Positions 51,342 through 60,841 of a stretch of 64,000 nucleotides of DNA are shown here, in pieces. The first letter of the stretch is position 1. Each line of letters opens with the position of its first letter. Source of the DNA: an uncultured Aliarcobacter sp. (GTDB taxonomy: Bacteria > Campylobacterota > Campylobacteria > Campylobacterales > Arcobacteraceae); NCBI GenBank assembly GCA_963664305.2, contig CAXXLV010000002.1, positions 1,280,001 to 1,344,000 of the forward strand. Reading direction: 5' to 3'. Below the pieces are notes generated by a model. The model was not told where the DNA came from. It searched no databases and was given only the letters and a program-made list of their open reading frames with translations. A program made the position numbers and the translations under genes.

Positions 51342-52679
51342 TTATTTTCTTTCTTTATAATTTATTTTTTTTGGGCTAAATTTTCTATATAAAACCACTG
51401 CAATGATGCAAGTAATAAATTCAGCCATTGGTATTGCCATAAATATTCCATTTTTATCAAATAAAATTGGTAAAGTGAATACAAAAAATACAGGAAAAAT
51501 AAAACTTCTAGACAATGCAATAATCATCGATGCTAAAGGTTTATGAATTGCTGTTAAATATGAAGAAATAACCAGACTAACACCATCAAAAAGAAAAATT
51601 ATCCATATAAATGTAGCAAAATTTAAAACTAATTGTTTGGTTTTATAATTAGTATCTTCTAAAAAAATATTTGCCAAGCTATCTGGTATAAATAGAATCA
51701 GTATTATCATTATAAAACCAACTAAACTTGTACATATAAAAGCAAATTTTAAAAATTCTTCTATTCTTTTACTCTGTTTTGCACCAAAATTTTTGCTAAT
51801 AATTGGTTGTAAAGAGTCACTTATTCCAAAACTTATCATTATTCCAATAAATAATAGATATTCAATAACTGTAAATGCAGCAATACCCTCTACACCAAAA
51901 TTTTTTATCATAACATAGTTAAAAATTAAAGTCATTATTCCTATTGAAATTTCATTTACAAACTCTGAAGCTCCATTGTAAGAGGCTCTTATAATTTGAA
52001 TATAATTTCCAATTGGTTTTACAAATTTAAGTGTTGCTTTTTTTGAATAAAAATGAGGCAATAAAATAAATATTAAAGCAAGTTGAGAAATACCAGTAGC
52101 TAACGATGCTCCCAAAATGCCTTTTTCTAAATATACAATCATAAACCAATCTAATACAACATTTATAAGAGCGCTTGAAAGTAAAGCAATAAAAGCAAGA
52201 TTTGGCCTATTATCAACTCTTACAAAATAATCTAAAACAACTCCAATCATCAAAAAAGGAATAAAAATCAACATAATAGATAAATACTCTATTGCAATTT
52301 TCGTTAAATTCTCATCTGCTCCAAAAAGATGTAAAATAGTTTCAATATTTAAAAATAAAATAGTAGAAGATATAAAACTAAATAAAGTAATACAAACAAT
52401 AGCTTTACTAAAAATCATAGAAGCACTTTTACTATCTCCTTCTCCTATCAGCTTTCCAGAAACAACACTACTACCAATTGCCAACATTAAAGCAAAGCCA
52501 AAAAGTAAAGAGAAAATAGGAAAAGTTATATTAATTGCTGCAAGTCCAAAATCGCCTACATAATTTCCTATAAAAAATCCATCAACGATACTTGCTGATG
52601 AAATTGCCAACATTCCTAATACAGAAGGTATTGAATATTGGAAAAAAACAGATAATATTTTATCTTTTGTTACGTTCAT
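51342..52679 (-). CDS. MATE family efflux transporter
   Basis: VDG.F.G..VG...LAA.N, N.VLD, QP..S.NFGA. Confidence 0.92.
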   Translation of the reverse strand: MNVTKDKILSVFFQYSIPSVLGMLAISSASIVDGFFIGNYVGDFGLAAINITFPIFSLLFGFALMLAIGSSVVSGKLIGEGDSKSASMIFSKAIVCITLFSFISSTILFLNIETILHLFGADENLTKIAIEYLSIMLIFIPFLMIGVVLDYFVRVDNRPNLAFIALLSSALINVVLDWFMIVYLEKGILGASLATGISQLALIFILLPHFYSKKATLKFVKPIGNYIQIIRASYNGASEFVNEISIGIMTLIFNYVMIKNFGVEGIAAFTVIEYLLFIGIMISFGISDSLQPIISKNFGAKQSKRIEEFLKFAFICTSLVGFIMIILILFIPDSLANIFLEDTNYKTKQLVLNFATFIWIIFLFDGVSLVISSYLTAIHKPLASMIIALSRSFIFPVFFVFTLPILFDKNGIFMAIPMAEFITCIIAVVLYRKFSPKKINYKERK

Positions 52680-52834
52680 GAAATTTCTTTTTAATAATTT
52701 TTTAAATTTAAAAAATACTTTATTAATTTTGTTTTAAGAATTGTAATTGATTATAAAATTTTTAGGATCTAATACTCATATGTATTATGTAAGTTTTATT
52801 TTTCTTTGTTCAAAATTATATAAATTTATTTTTA

Positions 52835-52897
52835 TAAACTAGTGGTCTAATCTTATCAAAAGAAAACTTTTTTTTAAATAAACTAGTAGTTTATTTA
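52835..52897. promoter_or_regulatory. Two palindromic TetR-like operators upstream of MATE
   Basis: TAAACTAGTGGTCTA (52835-52849) and TAAATAAACTA-G-TAGTTTATTTA (52875-52897). Confidence 0.6.
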
Positions 52898-52973
52898 GTT
52901 TGATTATTCATAATTTACTTTATGATTTAGAAAAAGAAGTGAAATAAAATAGCTTTAATTTTTTAATATTAAA

Positions 52974-53003
52974 AAAGCCCCATCAAAAAATTGACAGGGC
53001 TTT
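52974..53003 (-). terminator. valS terminator
   Basis: AAAGCCC...GGGCTTT stem with T-run on the minus strand. Confidence 0.65.
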
Positions 53004-53027
53004 AAAAAATCTGATACAAAATCTTTT

Positions 53028-55643
53028 TTAACTTAAAGATTTAAGTTCAGCCTCTATTTTTTCAAGTCTAGTTTTTACTTCTTCTAATGCTTTTCTATTT
53101 TCTGCAATAACTGCTTCAGGAGCATTTGCTACAAATCTTTCATTTGATAACATACCATTTAGTTTATCAAACTCTTTTTGTGTTTTTTCTTGTTGTTTAG
53201 TTAATTTATCAATGATTGGTTTCATATCAATTTCACTTGTTGGAAGATATACTTCTAAGTTATCAGAAACATCAGTGATACTATTTTCAACTTTCGCATC
53301 TACAAACTCTATATCTTCAACTTTTGCAAGTTTTTCAATAAATGGTTTTGCAACAGCTGTATCAATTGATTTATCAAGTTTGATATATGCTTTTGCAATT
53401 TTTGAGTTACCCATATCAATAATAACTTTTGCTCTTCTAATAGCTGTAATTGCTTCTTCAATAATAGCAAACATAGATTCAATATTTTCATCTTTTTTTA
53501 CATCTTTAGGGAAGTTCATTATCATTAAAGAATCACCCTCTTCTAAAGTTGTTCCACTTAATTTGTGATATAAATAATCAGAAATAAATGGCATAAATGG
53601 AGAAACCATTTTTAAAGTTTCTTTGAAAATTGCCCCAAGTTCAACGATACTATCTTTGCTAGCTTTTGAGTACTCAATTCCCCAGTCACAGAATTCAGTC
53701 CATACAAATCTATATAAAACTGAAGCCGCTTCATTGAATTTATAAGACTCTAATGCACCTCTTACTTCATCAATAGCATCACTTAGTCTGCTTTGCATAT
53801 ATAATCCAAGAGGAGATTTAATTTCGATATCTTTTAAATCTGGGAATGTATCAACATTTAGGCTTAAGAAATTAGATGCATTATAAAGTTTATTTGTAAA
53901 GTTTCTAAATTGCTCTAAATTTTTTGCACCTAACTTAATATCTCTTCCTTGAACTGCTAAATATGCAAGTGTAAATCTAATGATATCAGCACTATGTTCT
54001 TCAACCATGTCAAGTGGGTCGATTACATTTCCTTTTGATTTAGACATTTTTGCACCATGCTCATCTCTTACTAATGCGTGCATATAAATATCTTTAAATG
54101 GTAATTCACCTCTAAAGTGCTCACCCATCATCATCATTCTTGCAACCCAGAAGAACATAATATCAAAACCAGTGATTAATAAAGAGTTTGGATAAAAATC
54201 TTTTAAATCCGATTCATTAAATGTTCCTTGCATATTTCCATTATTTCCCCATCCTAGTGGTGAAAATGCCCATAAAGCAGATGAGAACCAAGTATCAAGA
54301 ACATCTGGGTCTTGGTGAATATTTTTACTTGAACAATGTGGACAAGCTTCTGGCTCATCTTTTTTATCTGCCCATTGGTGTCCGCAATCATCACAATAAA
54401 ATACTGGAATTCTATGTCCCCACCATAATTGTCTAGAAATACACCAATCTCTTAACTCATCCATCCAAGCTCTATATGAATTTAACCAATGACTTGGGTG
54501 GAATTTAGTTTCACCTTCATATGTTTTTCTAATAGATTCAGCTGCTACTTCTTTTCTTACAAACCATTGCTTAGAGATATATGGTTCAACGATATTTTTA
54601 CATCTGTAACAGTGTCCTACTTGATGATTATGCTCTTCAATTTTTACAACAAATCCTTCATCTTGAAGTTTTTGCACAATAATTGGTCTAGCTTCTAATC
54701 TTTCAAGTCCAGCAAACTCTCCACAGAAGTCATTTAAAATACCTTTTTCATCAAAACAAGTAATAAATTCTAAATCATGTCTTTTTCCAACTTCGTAGTC
54801 GTTTTGGTCATGAGCAGGAGTAACTTTTACAACACCCGTTCCAAATTCCATATCAACATGCTCATCAGTAATTACTTTGATTTTTCTGTCAGTTAATGGT
54901 AAAACTACTTCTTTTCCAACTATATCTTTATATCTTTCATCATTTGGATGAACCATAATAGCTGTATCCCCAAAATATGTTTCAGGTCTTGTAGTTGCTA
55001 CTGTTACAAACCCAGAACCATCAGCAAAGTGATAGTTCATGTGATAGAATTTACCATTTACCTCATCATGTTCAACTTCGATATCTGATAATGCACCATC
55101 ATGTGTACACCAGTTAACCATATAGTTATTTTGAACAATCATTCCTTCATTATATAGATGAACAAAAGCTTCTTTTACAGCTTCTTTTAGTCCTTCATCC
55201 ATAGTAAATCTTTCTCTAGACCAAGCTGGACTTACTCCTAATTTTCTCATTTGATGAACAATAGTTCCACCAGAGAACTCTTTCCATTTCCAAACTCTTT
55301 CAAGAAACTTTTCTCTACCTAATTCTTCTTTTGTAGTACCTTCAGCTAAAAGTTGTTTTTCAACAACATTTTGAGTTGCAATTCCTGCATGGTCTGTTCC
55401 TGGTTGCCAAAGTGTTTTGAAACCATCCATTCTTTTATATCTAGTAATAATATCTTGTAAAGTAAATGTCAATGCATGCCCAATATGTAAACTACCTGTT
55501 ACATTTGGTGGTGGCATCATAATAGCAAAGTTTTTTCCTTCTTCCTGAATAGATTTATTTCCATCTATTTCAAAATATCCTCTGCTTTCCCAAATTTTAT
55601 AAAAACTATCTTCTACCTTTGATGGTTCATATTTTTCGCTCAT
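53028..55643 (-). CDS. valS: Valine--tRNA ligase
   Basis: PPPNVTG.LHIGH, DWCISRQLWWGH, KMSKS. Confidence 0.99.
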   Translation of the reverse strand: MSEKYEPSKVEDSFYKIWESRGYFEIDGNKSIQEEGKNFAIMMPPPNVTGSLHIGHALTFTLQDIITRYKRMDGFKTLWQPGTDHAGIATQNVVEKQLLAEGTTKEELGREKFLERVWKWKEFSGGTIVHQMRKLGVSPAWSRERFTMDEGLKEAVKEAFVHLYNEGMIVQNNYMVNWCTHDGALSDIEVEHDEVNGKFYHMNYHFADGSGFVTVATTRPETYFGDTAIMVHPNDERYKDIVGKEVVLPLTDRKIKVITDEHVDMEFGTGVVKVTPAHDQNDYEVGKRHDLEFITCFDEKGILNDFCGEFAGLERLEARPIIVQKLQDEGFVVKIEEHNHQVGHCYRCKNIVEPYISKQWFVRKEVAAESIRKTYEGETKFHPSHWLNSYRAWMDELRDWCISRQLWWGHRIPVFYCDDCGHQWADKKDEPEACPHCSSKNIHQDPDVLDTWFSSALWAFSPLGWGNNGNMQGTFNESDLKDFYPNSLLITGFDIMFFWVARMMMMGEHFRGELPFKDIYMHALVRDEHGAKMSKSKGNVIDPLDMVEEHSADIIRFTLAYLAVQGRDIKLGAKNLEQFRNFTNKLYNASNFLSLNVDTFPDLKDIEIKSPLGLYMQSRLSDAIDEVRGALESYKFNEAASVLYRFVWTEFCDWGIEYSKASKDSIVELGAIFKETLKMVSPFMPFISDYLYHKLSGTTLEEGDSLMIMNFPKDVKKDENIESMFAIIEEAITAIRRAKVIIDMGNSKIAKAYIKLDKSIDTAVAKPFIEKLAKVEDIEFVDAKVENSITDVSDNLEVYLPTSEIDMKPIIDKLTKQQEKTQKEFDKLNGMLSNERFVANAPEAVIAENRKALEEVKTRLEKIEAELKSLS

Positions 55644-55797
55644 TAAAAATCCTATAATTTTCTTAAATATACGCGATTATATCCACTTTTTACTTAGGTT
55701 GTCTTTTTGCTAAATTTTATTTAACATCAGAAATATTATTTTTTCTAATATTGTGTTATAATCTTTTCCTATATATTTCAATTATTAAGGAGAGAAA

Positions 55798-56472
55798 ATG
55801 ATTAAAATAATTTTAGGAAGTTTTGTTTTAGCATCATCAATTTTTGCAGTTGATTTACAATCAACAGGAGTAGAAGTAACTTATAAAAATTCAAGCGATG
55901 AAGATAAAACAATTACAATAAAAAGAGAAAAACCTGAAGAGTGTAAAGATGTAAAGTTTGATCCAAAAACTGTTTATGGTGGTAATGGTCAAGCTGCTGA
56001 ATCTATAAATGCAAATTGTAAAAGAGCATTTGTTACATATATGGGGAAAATTTCTCCTATCAAATTTTCTGATAAAGTTGAAACTTATGGAGAAGTTGAA
56101 GTTTTAGAATTTATGGAAAAAGCAAAAACAAATAAAAATTTAATGCTTGTAGATTCAAGAACTGAAAACTGGTTTTATCATGAAACAATTCCAGGAGCAG
56201 TTAATGTTCCATATATTTATTTAAAACAATCACAATATCCAGATGAATTTGAAGAATATTTAGGAATTCTTGGGGTAAAAAAAGTTAATGGAAAATATGA
56301 TTTTTCAAATGCTAAAGAAGTTCTTATGTTTTGTAATGGAGCATGGTGTGGACAATCACCTGAATCTATGAAAGCATTAACAGCTATTGGTTATCCAGAA
56401 GAAAAATTAAAATGGTATAGAGGTGGAATGCAATCTTGGTTAAGTTTAGGACTTACAACTGTAAAACCTTAA
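55798..56472 (+). CDS. Exported rhodanese-domain protein
   Basis: Signal peptide, VDSR, TIPGAVN.P, FCNGAWCGQS, YRGG...W. Confidence 0.85.
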   Translation: MIKIILGSFVLASSIFAVDLQSTGVEVTYKNSSDEDKTITIKREKPEECKDVKFDPKTVYGGNGQAAESINANCKRAFVTYMGKISPIKFSDKVETYGEVEVLEFMEKAKTNKNLMLVDSRTENWFYHETIPGAVNVPYIYLKQSQYPDEFEEYLGILGVKKVNGKYDFSNAKEVLMFCNGAWCGQSPESMKALTAIGYPEEKLKWYRGGMQSWLSLGLTTVKP

Positions 56473-56499
56473 TAAAAGTGGAGAAAATCTCCACTTTTA
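56473..56499. terminator. Bidirectional terminator
   Basis: TAAAAGTGGAGA-aaa-TCTCCACTTTTA. Confidence 0.75.
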
Positions 56500-57555
56500 C
56501 TCAAAAATATTTTCAAATATTTCTACTAAACTTTCATCAATTTTTCCAAGTTTTGCTTCTTCTTTCATAATTTCAATTGCTTTTGTATGTTCAAATGCTT
56601 TTCTATAAACTCTATCTTCTCTTAAAGCATTATAAATTACTAAACAACTAAGTAACCTATCTTTCAAACTCAAACTTTTTCCATCAAAATTATAAATATA
56701 ACCACTTCCATCTAATCTTTCTTGCACTTTTATTGCAATAGATAAGATATCATTAAATCCCATGATTGCAGTTAGTATTTTTTTTGTATGGTAAGGATAA
56801 GATTTTATTAGTTCAAATTCTTCAGAAGATAGTTTCTCTTTTTTATTTAAAATTGAATTAGGTATCAACATCTTTCCTATATTTTGTAAAGAGGTAGCTA
56901 TTAAAAATATTTGTTTATCTTTATGTTCAAAATTAAATTCATCAGCTATTTTTGAAGCTCTTTCTATGATTCTTGAATTTTTATTCTCAAGCTTATGAAA
57001 AATTGTTGTCAAATTTAAAATTTCTTCAAAATCTAAAACCGTAGTAAAGTCGTGTAAAGATGAATAAATATACATCAAAATCTCATTTTCATATTGTAAA
57101 TCCAACCAAAAAGATATTTGTGATGAAACAGTTAAAAAATTGTCTATTAAATCTTTTGAAAAATTTTCTTTATTCTCTTTTACAAATTCTATTGCTTTAA
57201 ATCTATTTTCTATTTGATTATTTCCCAAATTAAACATTTTGTCTAATTTTGAAGAAAATTCAATAATCTCTTTTATCAAACTATCTTCTAAAAACTCTTT
57301 TGTATTTAAAAAAGGAATTTTTTCTAACTCTTTTTTTTCTAAATTATAAATCAACGATAAAGAACATAAATCTGCCATCATTTTTGGTTCGAGATTAAAT
57401 TTTGCACCTAAATTTAAAGCTATATATGAAACTCTTTTAAAATGATTTAATGGTGTTCCCTCTAAATCAAACTCTTTAAAATCTAAAATTGCACTCATTG
57501 ATAAAAGGAAATTATTTAGGTTAAATGCCATTTGTTTTTTCTTATCCATATCCAT
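56497..57555 (-). CDS. Degenerate HD-GYP domain protein
   Basis: LQNIGK, VQERLDGSGYI, R.YRKA; metal ligands substituted. Confidence 0.8.
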   Translation of the reverse strand: MDMDKKKQMAFNLNNFLLSMSAILDFKEFDLEGTPLNHFKRVSYIALNLGAKFNLEPKMMADLCSLSLIYNLEKKELEKIPFLNTKEFLEDSLIKEIIEFSSKLDKMFNLGNNQIENRFKAIEFVKENKENFSKDLIDNFLTVSSQISFWLDLQYENEILMYIYSSLHDFTTVLDFEEILNLTTIFHKLENKNSRIIERASKIADEFNFEHKDKQIFLIATSLQNIGKMLIPNSILNKKEKLSSEEFELIKSYPYHTKKILTAIMGFNDILSIAIKVQERLDGSGYIYNFDGKSLSLKDRLLSCLVIYNALREDRVYRKAFEHTKAIEIMKEEAKLGKIDESLVEIFENIFE

Positions 57556-57641
57556 CCTATTTGAATTAAAATTAAAACTATTACTTATATAAAAGTGATA
57601 TTACAATATAATTTTTAATTATAAAATAAAAAAGGAGTTTT

Positions 57642-58559
57642 ATGTTTAAAAATATTCTATTTTCACTTTTACTGTCAATATATGCTTTTGCATTTGATTA
57701 TAATTTAAAACCTATAAAAGTATCTTCTGATGTTTGGTGTTTTTTTGGAAAACTTGAAGCACCAACAAAAGAAAATGGTGGTTTTATGTCAAATAGTTGT
57801 TATATTAAAACAAATAAAAGTTATGTTTTGATTGATTCAGGAGCAAGTTATGATTTTGCAAATCAAGCTTATAAAGCTATGGAAAAAATAGAAAAACTAC
57901 CAGTTAATACAGTAATTACAACTCATGCTCATGATGACCATTGGTTAGGAAATAATTTTTATAAAGAAAAATTTAATGCAAAAATTTATGGTCCATCTCT
58001 TATAAATAAAGAATTTAATACAAATTCAGAAATAAGAGGAGTTAAAATTCTTTCAGAAGAGAATAAAAAAAATACAAAATTTGTAGCAGTTGATGAAATC
58101 ATAAATGAAACTAAAACTTTAAATATAGATGGTAAAGAAATAATAGTTATCCCAACAGGAGTAAAAGCTCATACATCAGATGATTTATTTGTTTATTTAC
58201 CAAATGATAAAGTTTTATTTTCAGGTGATATTGTAATGAATGGAAGAGTTACATCAAATAGAGATGGTTCTGTTATTGGTTCATTAAAAGCACTTGAGAT
58301 GATAAATTCAAAAAAATGGGATGTTTTAGTGCCTGGTCATGGAGTTGATACTTCAAAAACAGCAGCAGATGAAACAATAAAATATTTTACTTTATTAAAA
58401 CAAAGAGTTCTTGAAGCTATTGAAAATGAAGTTACAGGAAATGATATAACAAAAATTGTAACAATGGATGAATACAAAAACAAAGCTTTATATGATGAAT
58501 TAAATAGTAAAAATGTTTTTGATGCATTTAGAGAATTAGAATTTTACGAGGAGAATTAA
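57642..58559 (+). CDS. Exported MBL-fold metallo-hydrolase (SoxH-like)
   Basis: Signal peptide, THAHDDHWLGN, AHT, FSGD, VPGHG. Confidence 0.85.
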   Translation: MFKNILFSLLLSIYAFAFDYNLKPIKVSSDVWCFFGKLEAPTKENGGFMSNSCYIKTNKSYVLIDSGASYDFANQAYKAMEKIEKLPVNTVITTHAHDDHWLGNNFYKEKFNAKIYGPSLINKEFNTNSEIRGVKILSEENKKNTKFVAVDEIINETKTLNIDGKEIIVIPTGVKAHTSDDLFVYLPNDKVLFSGDIVMNGRVTSNRDGSVIGSLKALEMINSKKWDVLVPGHGVDTSKTAADETIKYFTLLKQRVLEAIENEVTGNDITKIVTMDEYKNKALYDELNSKNVFDAFRELEFYEEN

Positions 58560-58570
58560 TCTCCTCTTTT
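58548..58570 (+). terminator. Intrinsic terminator
   Basis: GAGGAGA-attaa-TCTCCTC-TTTT. Confidence 0.7.
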
Positions 58571-58577
58571 CTTTCTT

Positions 58578-58594
58578 GTTTCACTATGTGAAAC
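58578..58594. promoter_or_regulatory. Candidate IclR operator
   Basis: GTTTCAC-tat-GTGAAAC perfect palindrome upstream of pfpI-iclR. Confidence 0.65.
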
Positions 58595-58679
58595 TAAAAA
58601 AAACTAACTTTTAAATAAATATTATTTTAATACAACTTCCTATAAAATCTTTGCTAATTTAAAAATTTAAGGAGAACTT

Positions 58680-59246
58680 ATGTCAAAAAAAATTTTAATA
58701 TTAGCAGGTGATTTTGTAGAAGATTATGAACTTATGGTTCCTTTTCAATGTCTAAAAATGTTAGGTTATAGTGTTGATGTTGTTTGTCCTAATAAAAAAG
58801 CAAATGAGCAAATAAAAACTGCAATTCATGATTTTGAGGGTGACCAAACTTATACAGAAAAACCAGGTCATAACTTCACTTTAAATGCCTCATTTGACGA
58901 GATTAATGAAGCAACTTATGATGCGCTACTTATTCCAGGTGGTAGAGCTCCTGAATATATTAGATTAAATCCTAGAGTTATTGAAATCGTTCAAAATTTC
59001 AACAAAGCTAATAAACCAATTGCATCTGTTTGCCATGGTATTTTAGTTTTAGCAGCTGCTGGAATTATCGCAAATAAAACTTGTTCTTGTTATCCAGCTT
59101 GTGCACCTGATGTTGGTTTAAGTGGTGGTAAATGGGCAGATATTGGATTTGAAAGTGCAATAGTTGATGGAAACTTAGTTACAGCTGCTGCTTGGCCTGC
59201 ACATCCTGAATGGTTAGCAAAATTTAATGAGTTATTAACAAAATAA
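58680..59246 (+). CDS. DJ-1/PfpI family protein
   Basis: EDYE, PGGRAPE, VCHG nucleophile, AWP.HP. Confidence 0.92.
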   Translation: MSKKILILAGDFVEDYELMVPFQCLKMLGYSVDVVCPNKKANEQIKTAIHDFEGDQTYTEKPGHNFTLNASFDEINEATYDALLIPGGRAPEYIRLNPRVIEIVQNFNKANKPIASVCHGILVLAAAGIIANKTCSCYPACAPDVGLSGGKWADIGFESAIVDGNLVTAAAWPAHPEWLAKFNELLTK

Positions 59247-59250
59247 TTTT

Positions 59251-59985
59251 ATGTCTAATCAATTAAAATCTTTATCTAAGGGTTTAAATGTTTATAGGTT
59301 TATCATAGATTATGGTAAACCTATTTTAGCCGTTACTTTGTGTGAAAAATTAAATATTGACAAAAGTACAATGTCTAGAATTTTAAAAACTTTAAAAGAA
59401 GAAGATTTTATCTCATATTTAGAAAATTCAAATGAAATCATTGCAAATGATTTATCTAATAAAACAAATCAATCTACAAAAATTGAACTACTTATCAAAG
59501 CAACTAAATTTTTACTTGAAGAAATTTCTACAAAAACAAATGAATGTGCATATTTAGGTATTTTTGATGATTATAAAATCTCTTATATAAATCAAATTGA
59601 TTTATCAAATCAAAAATTAAAAACAAGAAACAACATAGGTATTAAAACAAATCTACATACAAGTGCTTTGGGAAAATCTATTTTAGCTTTTGGTAATTAT
59701 GATTTAGAAAAAATTAAATTTAATCAATATACAACAAACACTATTACAGATATAAAAACACTAAACAATGAATTAAGTATGATAAAAAACAAAGGTTTTG
59801 CTATTGATAATAAAGAGTACCAAGATGGAATGTCTTGTGTTGCCGTTCCACTTTTTAATAAAGAAAATATTTTAATAGGTGCAGTTGGAATATCAGGAAA
59901 TTCATCTAGATTAAAAGATAATAAACTAAATGAAATTGGAGAACTTATCTCAGATATTGTCTCAAAATATTCAATAGTTTATTAA
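59251..59985 (+). CDS. IclR family regulator
   Basis: HTH KST..R.L.TL, H.SALGK, G..CVAVP, GA..ISG. Confidence 0.92.
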   Translation: MSNQLKSLSKGLNVYRFIIDYGKPILAVTLCEKLNIDKSTMSRILKTLKEEDFISYLENSNEIIANDLSNKTNQSTKIELLIKATKFLLEEISTKTNECAYLGIFDDYKISYINQIDLSNQKLKTRNNIGIKTNLHTSALGKSILAFGNYDLEKIKFNQYTTNTITDIKTLNNELSMIKNKGFAIDNKEYQDGMSCVAVPLFNKENILIGAVGISGNSSRLKDNKLNEIGELISDIVSKYSIVY

Positions 59986-59996
59986 CTCTTTTTTAT

Positions 59997-60785
59997 TTAG
60001 TCTGCAACAATTTCTTCTATTGCATCTTTTGATTCAGTTGTCATATCTAAATCGATATGTGGTGCATCTACAGCTTCCACAAGTTTTACATCAAAACCTT
60101 TTTCTTTTGCTAATTTATAAAAATCTTTTGTAACTTCTGGTTTTGAAATATCATCTGCTGTTCCATAAACAAGTACAAACTTAGTATTTTTAGATACATT
60201 ATCTAAAACATCAACAATTGAAATTAAACCTTTTTCTTTACTTTTTTCATGTACATTATAAACTCCACCAGCACAAACAATATTGTTTATTAAATCAGGT
60301 TTTACTCCAGTTAAAGTTGCACCCATCATACAACCAGCACTATGACCAATATATGTAAGTTTATTTGCTTTATATTTTTCTTTTAAAGCTTCAACTAATG
60401 AACCTAAAAATTCAACATACTCTTTTTTAGCAGCTAAATTTTCTACACCATCATGAGATAATGAAGTAAATTTATTTGTAGAACTTCCTGAATATCCCGG
60501 AAGAGCAACTGCAATTGTAGTTATATCTGTTCTCATTGCTAAATCTTCTGCAAAAGGAGCATAACGAGCAAGTGTGTCAGTTCCATCTTTCCAAGTTCCA
60601 TGAACTATGATATTTAAAGCACCTTCTTCTTCACCTGAAAATTTTTTATATTGGATACATTCATTTCCTGCAAATATAAAATTTTCACCTTTATTAGAAC
60701 ATTCATCTTTTGATATAGTTGCTGCATTCAAAGACAATGTAACAAGGGCAGGTAAAAAACCTAAAAAATATTTTTTATTTATCAT
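59997..60785 (-). CDS. Exported alpha/beta hydrolase
   Basis: Signal peptide, VHG, PGY, GHSAG, G..D, H. Confidence 0.82.
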   Translation of the reverse strand: MINKKYFLGFLPALVTLSLNAATISKDECSNKGENFIFAGNECIQYKKFSGEEEGALNIIVHGTWKDGTDTLARYAPFAEDLAMRTDITTIAVALPGYSGSSTNKFTSLSHDGVENLAAKKEYVEFLGSLVEALKEKYKANKLTYIGHSAGCMMGATLTGVKPDLINNIVCAGGVYNVHEKSKEKGLISIVDVLDNVSKNTKFVLVYGTADDISKPEVTKDFYKLAKEKGFDVKLVEAVDAPHIDLDMTTESKDAIEEIVAD

Positions 60786-60841
60786 TGCTTCTCCTTTAAA
60801 AATATTAAATTTTATTATAGCTTGTTTATTTATAATTCTAA

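Noticed and set aside
52680..53027. ncRNA or riboswitch in the long MATE-valS intergenic region
   Set aside because: Extremely AT-rich; only operator-like palindromes and a terminator are visible
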